Assembly (NCBI GenBank): GCA_963796275.1
Contig: CAWCKY010000002.1
Location: 704,001 to 768,000 of the forward strand
Source: an uncultured Acidobacteriota bacterium
Lineage (GTDB): Bacteria; Acidobacteriota; Blastocatellia; RBC074
Reading direction: 5' to 3'
DNA length: 64,000 bases
The position numbers and the translations under genes were made by a program. Below, one piece after another: positions 52,902 to 63,822 of the stretch. The stretch's first letter is position 1, and every line of letters starts with the position of its first letter. Below the pieces are notes generated by a model that ran no database searches, was not told where the DNA came from, and worked only from the letters and a program-made list of their open reading frames with translations.

Positions 52902-53698
52902 AAGTTCTCGAAGCCGTCGGCAGCGGCGTGATCCGGCAACTTGCATACGTCGGCGGGTTGACCATGCAGTTCTGGGCGGGTCTGCGCGCTTCACGCCGCG
53001 TCTTGCCGGTCGTGGGCAAACGCGGGCGCTGGCAAACGTCCATGCGGCAGATGGTCGCAATCGGGATAGAAGCATTGCCGATGATCGGGATCGTGTCCGC
53101 CTCCGTGGGATTCATCCTCGCCATACAGGTCGCCTCCGAGCTACGTCGGTTCGGAGCGCTGAATTTAGTCGTCAACATCGTGGCGGTCGGGTTCACGCGC
53201 GAACTCGGTCCGCTGGTGACGGCCATCGTCGTGAGCGGCCGTTCAGGCTCGGCGATTTCGGCCGAGATCGGAACGATGGTGGTGACCAACGAGATCGACG
53301 CGCTACGGACGATGGCAGTCGACCCTGTCGAGTTCGTGCTGGCGCCTAAGTACATCGCGGCGATGATCGCGGTCCCATGCCTGACGATTATGAGCAACGC
53401 GTTCGGCATCCTGGCTGGCGCAGGATTCATGTATCTCAGCCTGGACATGCCGCTCACGGTTTATTTGAAGTCCGTCGCAGACTCGATTCTACTGCGTGAC
53501 ATCTTCTGGGGGCTGCTCAAGAGCGGCCTGTTCGCCACAATCATCGTGCACGTCGGGTGCAGAGAGGGTTTCAAAGTGCGCGGGGGACCGGAAGCGGTGG
53601 GGCGATCGACGACATCGGCTGTCGTGAGGTCTACCTTCCTGGTGATCCTCACGGACCTGCTCATCACGGCGATCCTCTATATGGTGGATGCGAAGTAG
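52898..53698 (+). CDS. mlaE: MlaE-family ABC permease
   Basis: RELGPLVTAIVVSGRSGSAISAEIGTM....EIDAL. Confidence 0.93.
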   Translation: MKVLEAVGSGVIRQLAYVGGLTMQFWAGLRASRRVLPVVGKRGRWQTSMRQMVAIGIEALPMIGIVSASVGFILAIQVASELRRFGALNLVVNIVAVGFTRELGPLVTAIVVSGRSGSAISAEIGTMVVTNEIDALRTMAVDPVEFVLAPKYIAAMIAVPCLTIMSNAFGILAGAGFMYLSLDMPLTVYLKSVADSILLRDIFWGLLKSGLFATIIVHVGCREGFKVRGGPEAVGRSTTSAVVRSTFLVILTDLLITAILYMVDAK

Positions 53699-53701
53699 CG
53701 T

Positions 53702-54511
53702 ATGGAGACACCAATCATATCTGTCCGCGACTTGACGGTTTGCTACGGCAGCCGCCGTGTGCTGGATGGTGTGAACCTTGATGTCGAGCGCGGGGAAGTG
53801 ATGGTGCTGCTCGGAGGCAGCGGTTCGGGCAAGAGTACATTGCTGCGCCAGATTATCGGTCTCGAGCTGCCTTACTCGGGCACGGTTCGCGTGCAGGGCG
53901 TCGATATCAACCGGTGCTCGGCGCGGGAACTAAAGGCTATCCGGCGTACTATGGGTGTGGCTTTCCAGGAGTCAGCGCTCTTCAATTCACTCACCATCGA
54001 AGAGAACGTGGCTCTCCCGCTGCGCGAACTGACAACGCTCGCAGATCCCGTGATCGAGATCATGGTTTACATAAAACTCGCGGCCGTGGGCCTGGGCGAT
54101 GCCGGCAAATTACGGCCGCAGGAGTTATCGGGAGGCATGAAGAAGCGTGCTGCCGTTGCACGGGCGATCGCGCTCGACCCGAAGATCCTGGTCTTCGACG
54201 AACCGTCCGCGGGCCTCGATCCGATCGTCGCGGCGGAACTGGACGAACTGATTCTGTTACTAAAGCGCACGTTCCAGATGACCATTCTGGTAGTGACCCA
54301 TGAGATGGCCAGCGCATTCCGCATCGCCGACCGTGTAGCCATGCTCTACCAGGGCTCGCTCATCGCAATAGACGAAAAGGATTCGTTCCAGGCGAGTACG
54401 GATCCGCGAATCCGGCAGTTTCTCGATCGGGTGCCCGATCGGATAGCCGAAAACATAGAAGTTCAGCAGCGCATGCGCGAACTGGCCGGTATGACAGGAA
54501 GAGGATTATGA
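53702..54511 (+). CDS. mlaF: MlaF-family ABC ATPase
   Basis: GGSGSGKS, LSGGMKKR, FDEPSAGLDP, VTH. Confidence 0.93.
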   Translation: METPIISVRDLTVCYGSRRVLDGVNLDVERGEVMVLLGGSGSGKSTLLRQIIGLELPYSGTVRVQGVDINRCSARELKAIRRTMGVAFQESALFNSLTIEENVALPLRELTTLADPVIEIMVYIKLAAVGLGDAGKLRPQELSGGMKKRAAVARAIALDPKILVFDEPSAGLDPIVAAELDELILLLKRTFQMTILVVTHEMASAFRIADRVAMLYQGSLIAIDEKDSFQASTDPRIRQFLDRVPDRIAENIEVQQRMRELAGMTGRGL

Positions 54512-55473
54512 ACACCGAAGCAAAGGTAGGCGCCTTCGTGCTGATTTGTGTGGCGATCCTGTGTGCGACCGTTTATTACGTGAGCAACATGGAGTTCGGG
54601 GCCACTCACATTCCGTATAAGACATACCTGCGGTACGCAGGCGGGTTGGAGTCCGGGACCGAGGTCCTGTTCGGCGGGATCAAGGTGGGTAAGGTGACCG
54701 CCGTCCGACCGGACGCGTCCGACCCGACACGGATCGAGATTGCGTTCGACGTGAAGCAAGGCACGCAGTTGAATGAGAAGTCAGTGGCGAAGCTCGGATC
54801 GGTAAATCTGATGGGCAGTTCGGTGCTCTCCATCAGCACTGGCGCGAACGACGCGCCTCGATTGCCGGGGGGCGCGGTGATCGCATCGGAAGAGACGGTC
54901 AGCCTGGACGATCTGCAGCGCAAGATAGTGACGCTCACCGATTCCGCACAGACATTGCTTGCCTCGGTGCAGACAGACCTGAACGAGATCACAGGCGATG
55001 CCCGGCGTCTGTTGGGAAATCTGAACGATGTCACCAGCGAGGCGAATCAGAAGCGCCTGGCGAACATTCTGGCGAACGCAGATGGGATGGTCGCGCGAAT
55101 GGCGCCGAAGATGGATCAGATCAGCGAAGAGGCGCTGAAGCTGACCAGAGATACGAACGGCGTTATGGCCAAGATCGGGCCGACCGTAGACAATGTAAAC
55201 GCAACCGTGTCGAACGCCAACGAAACTATTACGGGGCTCCGCAAGCCGATTCAGTCTAATCTCGACGAACTAACCAAGACGCTCACGGATGCGCGCGCCT
55301 TGATCAACAATCTGCAAGCAATTGTTCAGTCGAACAACCAAAACATTACCTATACGCTCGAGAACGTCCGGATGGCGACCGAGAACCTGAACGACCTGAC
55401 GCAATCAGTAAAGGAGCGGCCGTGGAGCTTGATTCGAGTCAAGCAGCCGAAAGATCGGAAAGTCCCCCAGTAA
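54508..55473 (+). CDS. MlaD/MCE-domain protein with long helical tail
   Basis: EAKVGAFV, GGL..G..V..GG.KVG.V; C-terminal PWSL. Confidence 0.9.
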   Translation: MNTEAKVGAFVLICVAILCATVYYVSNMEFGATHIPYKTYLRYAGGLESGTEVLFGGIKVGKVTAVRPDASDPTRIEIAFDVKQGTQLNEKSVAKLGSVNLMGSSVLSISTGANDAPRLPGGAVIASEETVSLDDLQRKIVTLTDSAQTLLASVQTDLNEITGDARRLLGNLNDVTSEANQKRLANILANADGMVARMAPKMDQISEEALKLTRDTNGVMAKIGPTVDNVNATVSNANETITGLRKPIQSNLDELTKTLTDARALINNLQAIVQSNNQNITYTLENVRMATENLNDLTQSVKERPWSLIRVKQPKDRKVPQ

Positions 55474-55482
55474 CAGGACCCG

Positions 55483-56124
55483 ATGATGAAAAAGATGATA
55501 AAAATCCTGGTGATGATAATCGCTTTCATAGTGGCGCTAGTAATGGCCGGCTGCATGGGCAAGGTCCGCTATCCGAAATACTACACGCTGGAAATTGCAC
55601 CGGCGACAAAACCAGCGGTCAACGATGCGCGTCTGCCTGCCGCAGTGGCGGTCCGCCGGTTCGAAACTCCGGCGTACCTGCGCCAGGGGCGGATCGTCTA
55701 CCGGGAAGCTCCGGAAGAGGTCGGTTTCTACGACTATCACCGTTGGGCTGCCGACCCGGGGGCAACAGTCACGGCGGCAGTGATCGCATCGCTTCGCTCC
55801 GCAGGGCTATTTTCGCTCGTTAAGCCGTATGACAGTCATGACAAGCCCGAGTATCTCTTGAGCGGGCGGCTGGAACGGCTGGACGAAATAGACTACGGCG
55901 GCGCGGTTCGGGTGGAGGCGAAGCTATCCGCCGAATTGGTGAATCTGCGAACCGGTGCGACGGTGTGGGCTGGAGAGGCGACTGAGACCTCGAAAGTCGA
56001 CCCCCGTAACATCAACTCTGTGGTCGCCGCGATGAGTCAGGCAGTACAGAGGAATATCAATCGGCTCGTGGCGGGAATGGGTGAGCAAATCTCCAAATCT
56101 GAGGCAACGTCCCGGAGGCAGTAA
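55483..56124 (+). CDS. PqiC-like ABC auxiliary lipoprotein
   Basis: Lipobox MAGC; YYTL, IVYR....V.FY.YHRWA..P. Confidence 0.85.
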   Translation: MMKKMIKILVMIIAFIVALVMAGCMGKVRYPKYYTLEIAPATKPAVNDARLPAAVAVRRFETPAYLRQGRIVYREAPEEVGFYDYHRWAADPGATVTAAVIASLRSAGLFSLVKPYDSHDKPEYLLSGRLERLDEIDYGGAVRVEAKLSAELVNLRTGATVWAGEATETSKVDPRNINSVVAAMSQAVQRNINRLVAGMGEQISKSEATSRRQ

Positions 56125-56204
56125 CTAACGTCGTGGAAAAGCAGGGCACCGAATGAGTTTGAGAGTCGAGGAGAGCTGAAGAATTGAAAGCATAGGAGAC
56201 ATTT

Positions 56205-57302
56205 ATGAACTTATTACATTCAACCATCAAGGAAAGAAATACCGGTGTAATTGTGCAATCAGCAGCCTGCGTGCTCGTCATATTCTGCCTGGCGAGCGGA
56301 GCCGTCGGCTCGAACCGCGCAAATGCGGGTAGCGTTATGCCGATGGCTCAAAAACCTGACGGCCAGCAGAAACCCAAAGTGGGGGAAACAGCCGATAAGG
56401 TGAAGGATGGTTCGGCGGTGTTGTGGCAAGAACCAACCGACATTGAGAGCCGCGATCTATTCTACGGCATTGGCGGGCGAGAAGGCGCACCTGATCCAGC
56501 AGGCAAATTCACTTTCCTGGCCGACAAAGGCTCGCCCAAAGATTCGAATCCGAAGATCGATGTCAAGGACGAGCAGGGGCGCACCTGGACAGTGAAGTTC
56601 GGACCTGAAGTCAAGTCGGAAACTGCCGCTACCCGCATCGTCTGGGCGGCCGGTTATCACGTCGATCAGGTTTACTTTGTGGAGAGCGCGACTATTGAGG
56701 GATTTACGCGACTGGAAGCGAGGAATATGCGGTTTGAACGCGAAGACGATGGCTGGAAGAATCTGGGTCGCTGGGACTGGAAAACCAACCCATTTGTCGG
56801 CACGCGTGAACTCGATGGTCTCAAGACCCTCATGGCGCTCATTCAAAATGTCGATCTCTCAGAGTTGAATAACAAGATCGTGCGACCCAAGAAGCAGGCC
56901 AGCGGCGTAGAGAATGATATCTACTACGTGAATGATCTGGGAGCATCGCTCGGTTCGACCGGGGCCTGGTTCACCAAATTACCGTGGTTAACGAAGGCCA
57001 GAAGCGAGAGTAAAGGCGTTCCGAAGGATTATGTCAAAAACGGATTCATCGCGGGAGTCAAGAACGGCGAGGTTAAATTTCGTATGACCCGCAGGCTAGC
57101 CGGACAGATACTCGATGGAGTCAAGATTGAGCACGCCCGGTGGATGGGAAACCTGTTGGCTCGTCTCTCGGAGAAACAGTTGAATGACGCCTTCCGATGC
57201 GCCGGTTTCACCGAGTCTGAAGTGGTCATCTACATGAACGAAATCAGAAACCGCATCAAGCAACTACAGAATTTGGAGTCAGCGACCGTAACGTCTCGCT
57301 GA
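56205..57302 (+). CDS. exported atypical kinase-like hypothetical protein
   Basis: VKFGPE...E.AATR, N.DL...NN and YYVNDLGASLG resemble kinase-fold motifs; N-terminal signal. Confidence 0.6.
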   Translation: MNLLHSTIKERNTGVIVQSAACVLVIFCLASGAVGSNRANAGSVMPMAQKPDGQQKPKVGETADKVKDGSAVLWQEPTDIESRDLFYGIGGREGAPDPAGKFTFLADKGSPKDSNPKIDVKDEQGRTWTVKFGPEVKSETAATRIVWAAGYHVDQVYFVESATIEGFTRLEARNMRFEREDDGWKNLGRWDWKTNPFVGTRELDGLKTLMALIQNVDLSELNNKIVRPKKQASGVENDIYYVNDLGASLGSTGAWFTKLPWLTKARSESKGVPKDYVKNGFIAGVKNGEVKFRMTRRLAGQILDGVKIEHARWMGNLLARLSEKQLNDAFRCAGFTESEVVIYMNEIRNRIKQLQNLESATVTSR

Positions 57303-57785
57303 TGGCTTGAAATTGATCTGAGCAATGTCCGGTGGAATGAAGTGAGTGTACGGAAGAGAATGAACGGTGAAGTATATACCGGTGCAGCCACGGTTGCCCG
57401 AGAGGCCGCCGCTATTGTCGCTGGCGGGGCCATAACTGCATCGCCGCGCGTAGCACCTTCGTTTTGGCAGTGAGCGGCAACTGAGGACAAGTACGATCGC
57501 CACTCGATTTGATTTTCGGTGGGCACGCGATCGCCGATACCGACTACGGAGCGCGCAGGCCACAATCAGCAGTGAATGCGCAAATCTTATTGCCGACAGG
57601 CGCCGACACGTCGGCCTAGCACGATGAGCGTCAACAGCGGAGGTCCTCAATATGAACCAGTGGTTAAAGCGGCGCGCTGCTCGTCGGAAAACGGCGGAAC
57701 CTAATCTGCGGTACTGATTCCACGGCCTACGTGGAAGGGATACAGGCGGGAGAGGTGTCTGCTACACTATCAACCGAGTTGTCCC

Positions 57786-60290
57786 ATGACTCAGAGGACG
57801 ATTTCTCATTATTCGATTCTCAAAAGGCTCGGCGCCGGCGGGATGGGCGAAGTTTATCTCGCTCAGGATACCAGGCTCGATCGCAAAGTCGCGCTCAAGT
57901 TGCTGCTCGCCGAGTTCGTCAGCAATGAAGACCGCCTAAGACGATTCGTTCAAGAAGCAAAGGCTACTGCTGCTTTGAGCCACCCCAACATCGCGCACAT
58001 CTATGAAGTCGGCGAAGCAGATGGCACTCATTTCATCGCGATGGAGTTTATCGATGGCGACACGCTGACCGCCAAGATACGACGCGACGATTATCCGCTC
58101 ATCACTCTTCTGAAGTATCTCTCGCAGGTAGCTGAGGGGCTGGCGAAGGCCCACGCTGCGGGAATCGTTCATCGCGACCTCAAGCCGGACAACATCATGA
58201 TCACTCGGGACGGGTACGCAAAGGTTCTCGATTTCGGTATCGCTAAGCTCATTGTACCCACGAGCTCGCACGCTGCAACCGGCGAAGAGCTGACCGAAGT
58301 AGAGACAGCCTCGCTGCTCGCGCAGCCGCTATCCGCCCCTGGAATGGTGATTGGAACAGCCGGTTACATGTCGCCCGAACAAGTGCAAGGGAGATCTGTA
58401 GATCAGCGCTCGGACATATTCTCATTCGGATGCATTCTCTTCGAAGCCGCCACCCGCCGACGCGCCTTTGAAGGCGACTCCGTCATAGACACTTTGCACA
58501 AGATAATATACGCGGCTGCGCCTTCGATCACCGACCTCAATCCCTCAGCACCGGTTGACTTGCAGCGGATAGTCCGGCGCTGCCTGGCTAAAGATCCCGA
58601 GAAGCGCTACCAGACAATCAGAGATGTGGCTAACGAGCTGGAGGATCTTCGGCGAGAGATGGACAGCTATTCGGAAGCCATGGACACTGTTGTGCTGGAT
58701 GACACATTTATCACCGGCGGCAGCGTCTCACAGACGGAAAGACGCAAAACCGACGCTAGTGAAAGTGACCGTCAAACTCGTTCGACATCAAGCGCCGAAT
58801 ATCTAGTCGGTGAAATCAAGCGACACAAACTCGCGGCCATCCTTGTCTTACTGATCGCTACCAGCGCCGCGGTCGGTCTCACTTTCTATCACTACGGTCG
58901 AAATAAAGAAGTCGCAATCGAATCGATTGCGGTCCTGCCATTTGTCAATCAGAACGACCAGCAAGACATGGATTACCGCTCGGATGGTTTGACTGAAGGC
59001 ATCATCAACAGCCTCACTCATCTTCCAAATCTTAAAGTAATCGCCCGCAGCTCTGTCTTTCGCTACAAGGACAAAGAGACGGATCCTTTGACTGCCGGCA
59101 AGGAACTGGGCGTGCGAGCCGTCTTGACAGGACGGATTGCGCAGCGTGGCGACGCGTTACTGATCAGCACGGAGTTGGTAGACGTGAGTGATAACAAACA
59201 GCTATGGGGCGAACAATACAGCACGAGCGTTTCTGATTTGCTTACGGTACAGCGTGTAATTGCGAGTGAGATTACGAACAGTTTGAAGTTGAAGCTCTCT
59301 GGTGAGCAACACACGTGTATGACGAAGCATTACACCGACAACCCCGAGGCTTATCAGCTTTATTTGAGAGGGCGCTTCTACTGGAACAAACGTACTGGTG
59401 AAGCGCTGAAGAAATCGATCGAGTATTTCAACCAGGCAGTCGAGAAAGACCCGGGCTACGCCTTGGCCTATGCGGGATTAGCCGATGCATATGGCTTGCT
59501 TCCCAGCTACGCGGCCAGCTCACCCCAGGAGGCCTTTCCAAAAGCGAAAGCCGCAGCAAGGAAAGCAATCGAGCTGGATGATTCTCTGGCAGAGGCTCAT
59601 ACGTCGCTTGCGAACGCACTGTTCAATTACGATTGGAACCTCTCGGAAGCGACTAAGGAGTTTCAGCGGGCAATTGAATTGAATCCGAATTATGCAACCA
59701 CGCATCATTGGTATGGTAACGGGCCTTTGTTGGCGATGGAGCGCTTTGATGATGCGATCGTGGAGATGAAACGCGCCCAAGAGCTTGATCCGCTCTCGTT
59801 GATTATCAATGCCGAAATTGGTGTCAGCTACACATTCGCGGGCCAGTATGATCGGAGTATCGAACAGTTTCGAAAAACTCTCGAGATGGACCCGGGCTTT
59901 TACTTCGCTCATCGGACCCTGGGTGTTGCCTATGAGATGAAAGGACATTTTCGCGAAGCATTGTTGGAATACCAAACGGCAAGACGTTTGGCCGATGACC
60001 CATCCTTGCTGGGGGATATCGGACATGTACTGGCTATGTCGGGCAACAGAGATGAAGCATTGAAAACACTCGCCCAAATGAAAGAGATTTCCAAAGAACG
60101 ATACGTCCCGGCTTACGTCTTCGCCCTGATTTATTTAGGTCTTGGCAACAAGGATCAAGCGTTTCAATGGCTGGAAAAGAGTTATCAAGACCGTGAGGCC
60201 AATCTGTGTTTTTTTAAGATCGACCCACAAATGAAATCCCTCCGCAGTGACCCGCGCTTCTCAGACCTCGTGCGTCGGATTGGACTTTGA
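57786..60290 (+). CDS. Hanks-type Ser/Thr kinase with TM, TolB-like and TPR domains
   Basis: LGAGGMGEVY, VALK, HRDLKPDN, DFG, GTAGYMSPEQ; SIAVLPF; TPR tail. Confidence 0.95.
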   Translation: MTQRTISHYSILKRLGAGGMGEVYLAQDTRLDRKVALKLLLAEFVSNEDRLRRFVQEAKATAALSHPNIAHIYEVGEADGTHFIAMEFIDGDTLTAKIRRDDYPLITLLKYLSQVAEGLAKAHAAGIVHRDLKPDNIMITRDGYAKVLDFGIAKLIVPTSSHAATGEELTEVETASLLAQPLSAPGMVIGTAGYMSPEQVQGRSVDQRSDIFSFGCILFEAATRRRAFEGDSVIDTLHKIIYAAAPSITDLNPSAPVDLQRIVRRCLAKDPEKRYQTIRDVANELEDLRREMDSYSEAMDTVVLDDTFITGGSVSQTERRKTDASESDRQTRSTSSAEYLVGEIKRHKLAAILVLLIATSAAVGLTFYHYGRNKEVAIESIAVLPFVNQNDQQDMDYRSDGLTEGIINSLTHLPNLKVIARSSVFRYKDKETDPLTAGKELGVRAVLTGRIAQRGDALLISTELVDVSDNKQLWGEQYSTSVSDLLTVQRVIASEITNSLKLKLSGEQHTCMTKHYTDNPEAYQLYLRGRFYWNKRTGEALKKSIEYFNQAVEKDPGYALAYAGLADAYGLLPSYAASSPQEAFPKAKAAARKAIELDDSLAEAHTSLANALFNYDWNLSEATKEFQRAIELNPNYATTHHWYGNGPLLAMERFDDAIVEMKRAQELDPLSLIINAEIGVSYTFAGQYDRSIEQFRKTLEMDPGFYFAHRTLGVAYEMKGHFREALLEYQTARRLADDPSLLGDIGHVLAMSGNRDEALKTLAQMKEISKERYVPAYVFALIYLGLGNKDQAFQWLEKSYQDREANLCFFKIDPQMKSLRSDPRFSDLVRRIGL

Positions 60291-60616
60291 GTTGGCCGAA
60301 CTACCAGGGATGTTGAATCGGAACTTTGGCTCATATGGCGCGGGCTTGAATCGTAAAGCTTCGATAACGGCGCATGACTTCTAAAAGGTTAGAGGCAAGG
60401 AGAATTCGAGGCGCCGCGGCTGAATCAGATATCGGTCAATGTCTTCAATCTCATACGACTCAAGCGCTTAAGAAGGAAGAAGTTGTGCTCAAAAGCCATA
60501 ATAGTGCGTTTGGGGCCACATTGAACTGAACAAGTCAAATGACCAGCACCGGGTTGCTAACTACCTGTATTTTAAATAGTTTGACAAGACTTCATATGAA
60601 AAACGAAAGGTCAATT

Positions 60617-61721
60617 ATGAAGATCGTGGTTATTGGCGGTAGCGGACTCATCGGGTCAAAGCTTGTAACGAAACTCGGCGAGCACGGACATGAGGCTGTG
60701 GCGGCGTCACCCAATTCCGGCGTCAACACACTTACCGGCGAGGGATTGGCCGAAGTACTGAAGGGCGCCCGGGTTGTCGTCGACGTATCGAACTCGCCCT
60801 CCTTCGAGGATGCGGCGGTCATGAAGTTCTTCGAGACGTCAACTCGCAACCTCCTCACCTATGAAGCGGCTGCGGGTGTGGGCCATCACGTGGCGTTGTC
60901 AGTCGTCGGAACCGAGCGTCTGTCCGAAAGCGGCTACCTCCGCGCGAAGCTCGCTCAGGAGAAGCTAATCAAGGAGTCCTCGATCCCCTACTCGATCGTC
61001 CACGCGACGCAGTTCTTCGAGTTCGTCAAAAGCATCGCCGATGCGGCAACCGACGGCAACACGGTTCGCCTGCCGCCTGTCGGTTTCCAGCCCATGGCGG
61101 CCGACGATGTCGCCAGTGCGGTGGCCAAGAGTCGCGATTGGATCGCCGTTGAATGGAATCGTTGAGGTGGCGGGGCCCGAGCAGTTCCGCTTCGATGAAC
61201 TCATTCGCCGGGGCCTCAGCGCCCGCAAGGATCCGCGCGAGGTTATCGCTGACCCGCACGCGCGCTACTTCGGCACGGAGCTGAGCGAGCGCTCACTTGT
61301 TCCGGGCGATGACGCGCAGCTCGGCGAGACGCGTTTCGAAGACTGGCTTAGCCGCTCAACAAACCAGGCGCCGCCACCGACTCCTCGACCCGCAACCGCC
61401 TCGATCAATGCTTCTACCCGTAAGGAAAATGAATTTCGTGTAAGCGAAGTGCCGCCTGGATCAGCCTTGCTGGTGGGCGAGGCGGCTGTCTTTAACGTCG
61501 GTGGGACCTTTTGTGCGACGCAGGCCAAATGCACGCACCGGCAAGGTCCATTGAGCAAAGGCAAACTCGATGGATCGACGGTGACGTGTCCGCTTCACGG
61601 CTCGCAATTCAACGTAAGCACGGGTGAGGTGTTGCGCGGCCCCGCGACAGATCCGCTCAAAACTTACCGAGTGATTGTTGATGGCGACATTGGGCGGGTA
61701 GAGGCTGAATTGGGCGGGTAG
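60617..61721 (+). CDS. NmrA/SDR-like NAD(P)-binding protein fused to a C-terminal Rieske ferredoxin, frameshift near 61130
   Basis: MKIVVIGGSGLIG; CTHRQG...CPLHGSQF in frame with the SDR C-terminus. Confidence 0.82.
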
Positions 61722-61728
61722 AGGCTGA
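61689..61728 (+). repeat. perfect 20-bp tandem duplication
   Basis: ATTGGGCGGGTAGAGGCTGA x2. Confidence 0.95.
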
Positions 61729-61880
61729 CGCTGCCGCGGTCGCGAAGACGATCTCGCAGCTCGCGTGATGCTCAAGAGTAGCAGCAGTGGCAGTTAAGCC
61801 GGCGGCAACAATTACCGCACAAAGTAAATTCAGCCAAACTTGAAGTTACGAGAGCGGCACAACAAAAAAAGGAGAGTGTC

Positions 61881-62726
61881 ATGAGTACTATCACAACGAA
61901 AGATGGAACGCAGATTTACTACAAAGACTGGGGCGCTGGCCCGGCAGTTACGTTCTCGCACGGCTGGCCCTTGAATGCCGACATGTGGGATGGACAAATG
62001 CTCTTCCTCGCACAGAACGGCTTCCGCGTGGTCGCGCACGACCGGCGTGGCCACGGCCGGTCCAGCCAGGCCTCTTCCGGCAATGACATGGACGGCTATG
62101 CCGACGATCTTGCGGCCGTGATCGAAGCCCTCGATCTCAAGCAAGTCACCCTGGTGGGCCACTCCACCGGAGGCGGAGAAGTCGCGCGCTACATCGGCCG
62201 CTACGGAACGAGCCGAGTCGCCAGGGCAATCCTGATCGCCGCAGTGCCACCGCTTATGCTGAAGACCGCTGGAAATCCTGAGGGTCTTCCAATTGAGCTT
62301 TTCGACGACCTGCGCGCGAGCCTTATGAAGGACCGCTCGCAGGCTTACAGGGATTTTGCAGCCCCCTTCTATGGTGCCAATAGACCTGGAGCTAAAGTCT
62401 CTCAGGGCATTCTCGATCAGTTCTGGAGCTGGAGCATGCAGTCGGGTCTTAAGAATGCCTACGAGAGTATCAAAGCCTTCTCTGAGACCGACTTCACCGA
62501 GGACTTAAAGAGTTTCGATATACCGACATTGGTACTTCACGGCGAGGACGACCAGATCGTTCCAGTGAAGAACTCTGCCAGAAAGTCGGCTCAACTCATT
62601 AAGGGCGCGAAGGAGATTTACTATCCAGGCGCGCCACACGGCATCACTGCTACACATCAGGATCAGATCAACGCGGATCTGCTTGCCTTCATCGCGGGGC
62701 AAAAGTCGGCGGGGGGTGATAGATGA
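61881..62726 (+). CDS. non-heme chloroperoxidase / alpha-beta hydrolase
   Basis: [39 protein letters not shown]. Confidence 0.94.
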   Translation: MSTITTKDGTQIYYKDWGAGPAVTFSHGWPLNADMWDGQMLFLAQNGFRVVAHDRRGHGRSSQASSGNDMDGYADDLAAVIEALDLKQVTLVGHSTGGGEVARYIGRYGTSRVARAILIAAVPPLMLKTAGNPEGLPIELFDDLRASLMKDRSQAYRDFAAPFYGANRPGAKVSQGILDQFWSWSMQSGLKNAYESIKAFSETDFTEDLKSFDIPTLVLHGEDDQIVPVKNSARKSAQLIKGAKEIYYPGAPHGITATHQDQINADLLAFIAGQKSAGGDR

Positions 62727-62826
62727 CCTTGTTCGGGTGGCCGAGGATGTGACGGAGCCCGTGATTGCGTTTGCGGCCCGGGCCCCGTTTTTAAAGCAAC
62801 GCCCAAACGACAGAGGAGAGCGTGAA

Positions 62827-63498
62827 ATGACTGCAATTGACCTGAAAGCACAACCGGACATCGCGACACGTTTACTGGCAGGCGTCTCGGTGCCCGACAC
62901 GCCATTGATTTCCCGGGCGATAGATTTCGCACGCGAGCGGTCTGAGCCTTACTTGTTCAATCACGTCATGCGATCGTGGCTTTTTGCGGCGATCCTCGCG
63001 CAACGCAAACAGCTTGCGCATGACGGCGAAGTTCTGGCCGTGACTACAATCCTGCACGACCTGGGTCTGACGGAAGGATTCGACGGGCCACTGCGATTTG
63101 AAGTGGAAGGGGCGAATGCCGCACGGACCTTCGCCCGCAACGAGGGTATGGACGATCGTCGGGCACAGTTGATCTGGGACGGAGTTGCGCTCAACTCGAC
63201 GCCTTCCATAAGCCTTTACAAGGAGGCAGAGGTTGCGTTGGCGACGATGGGCATCGGCCTGGACTGGGGTGGCTGGGGTTACGAGGCGCTGACCGATGAT
63301 GAGGTGGCGGCGATCAGGGAAGCGTTTCCCCGGCTGGGAATGAAGGAACGATTCACGCAAGCCGTCTGCCGGATTGTCGAGACCCACCCGACGACGACGT
63401 ACGATAACTTCGCTCGAGATTTTGGCGAGCGCTTTGTGCCTGGTTACAAGCCGGCGTCGACGGTGGATTATTTGCTGAACTCCCCGTTCAAGGAGTGA
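62827..63498 (+). CDS. HD-domain protein (cyanamide-hydratase-like)
   Basis: LFNHVMRSW, LHDLGL, RFEVEGANAA. Confidence 0.88.
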   Translation: MTAIDLKAQPDIATRLLAGVSVPDTPLISRAIDFARERSEPYLFNHVMRSWLFAAILAQRKQLAHDGEVLAVTTILHDLGLTEGFDGPLRFEVEGANAARTFARNEGMDDRRAQLIWDGVALNSTPSISLYKEAEVALATMGIGLDWGGWGYEALTDDEVAAIREAFPRLGMKERFTQAVCRIVETHPTTTYDNFARDFGERFVPGYKPASTVDYLLNSPFKE

Positions 63499-63536
63499 TG
63501 CCGTATGTGGCCGGTTTACCAAACGAGAGGTTAATC

Positions 63537-63822
63537 ATGAAGAACAAGGAATTAATGCTCGTCCTGCTGTTTCTGATGCCAGGCGCGTTGATGGCCCAAC
63601 AGCCCGCGCCAGTCAGGCCCCACAGGCCTCGGTAAAATCGCTGACTTCGAAAGATCTGCACGAGTTTCCTGGCAAAGAGGCCTTGATGATCCTGGTGGAA
63701 TATCCGCCGGGTGGCGTAGATCCCATCCACCGGCACAATGCGCACGCATTCGTCTATGTGTTGGAGGCTCAATAATCATGCAGGTGAAAGGTGGAAACGA
63801 GGTGACGCTGACACCGGGCACC
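63537..63822 (+). pseudogene. secreted cupin protein, frameshifted and truncated
   Basis: PGKEALMILVEYPPGG.DPIHRHNAHAFVYVLE..I.MQVKGG.EVTLTPG. Confidence 0.8.

Noticed and set aside
57303-57650. ORFs between the kinase-like gene and the 33-bp repeat
   Set aside because: No homology recognised on either strand
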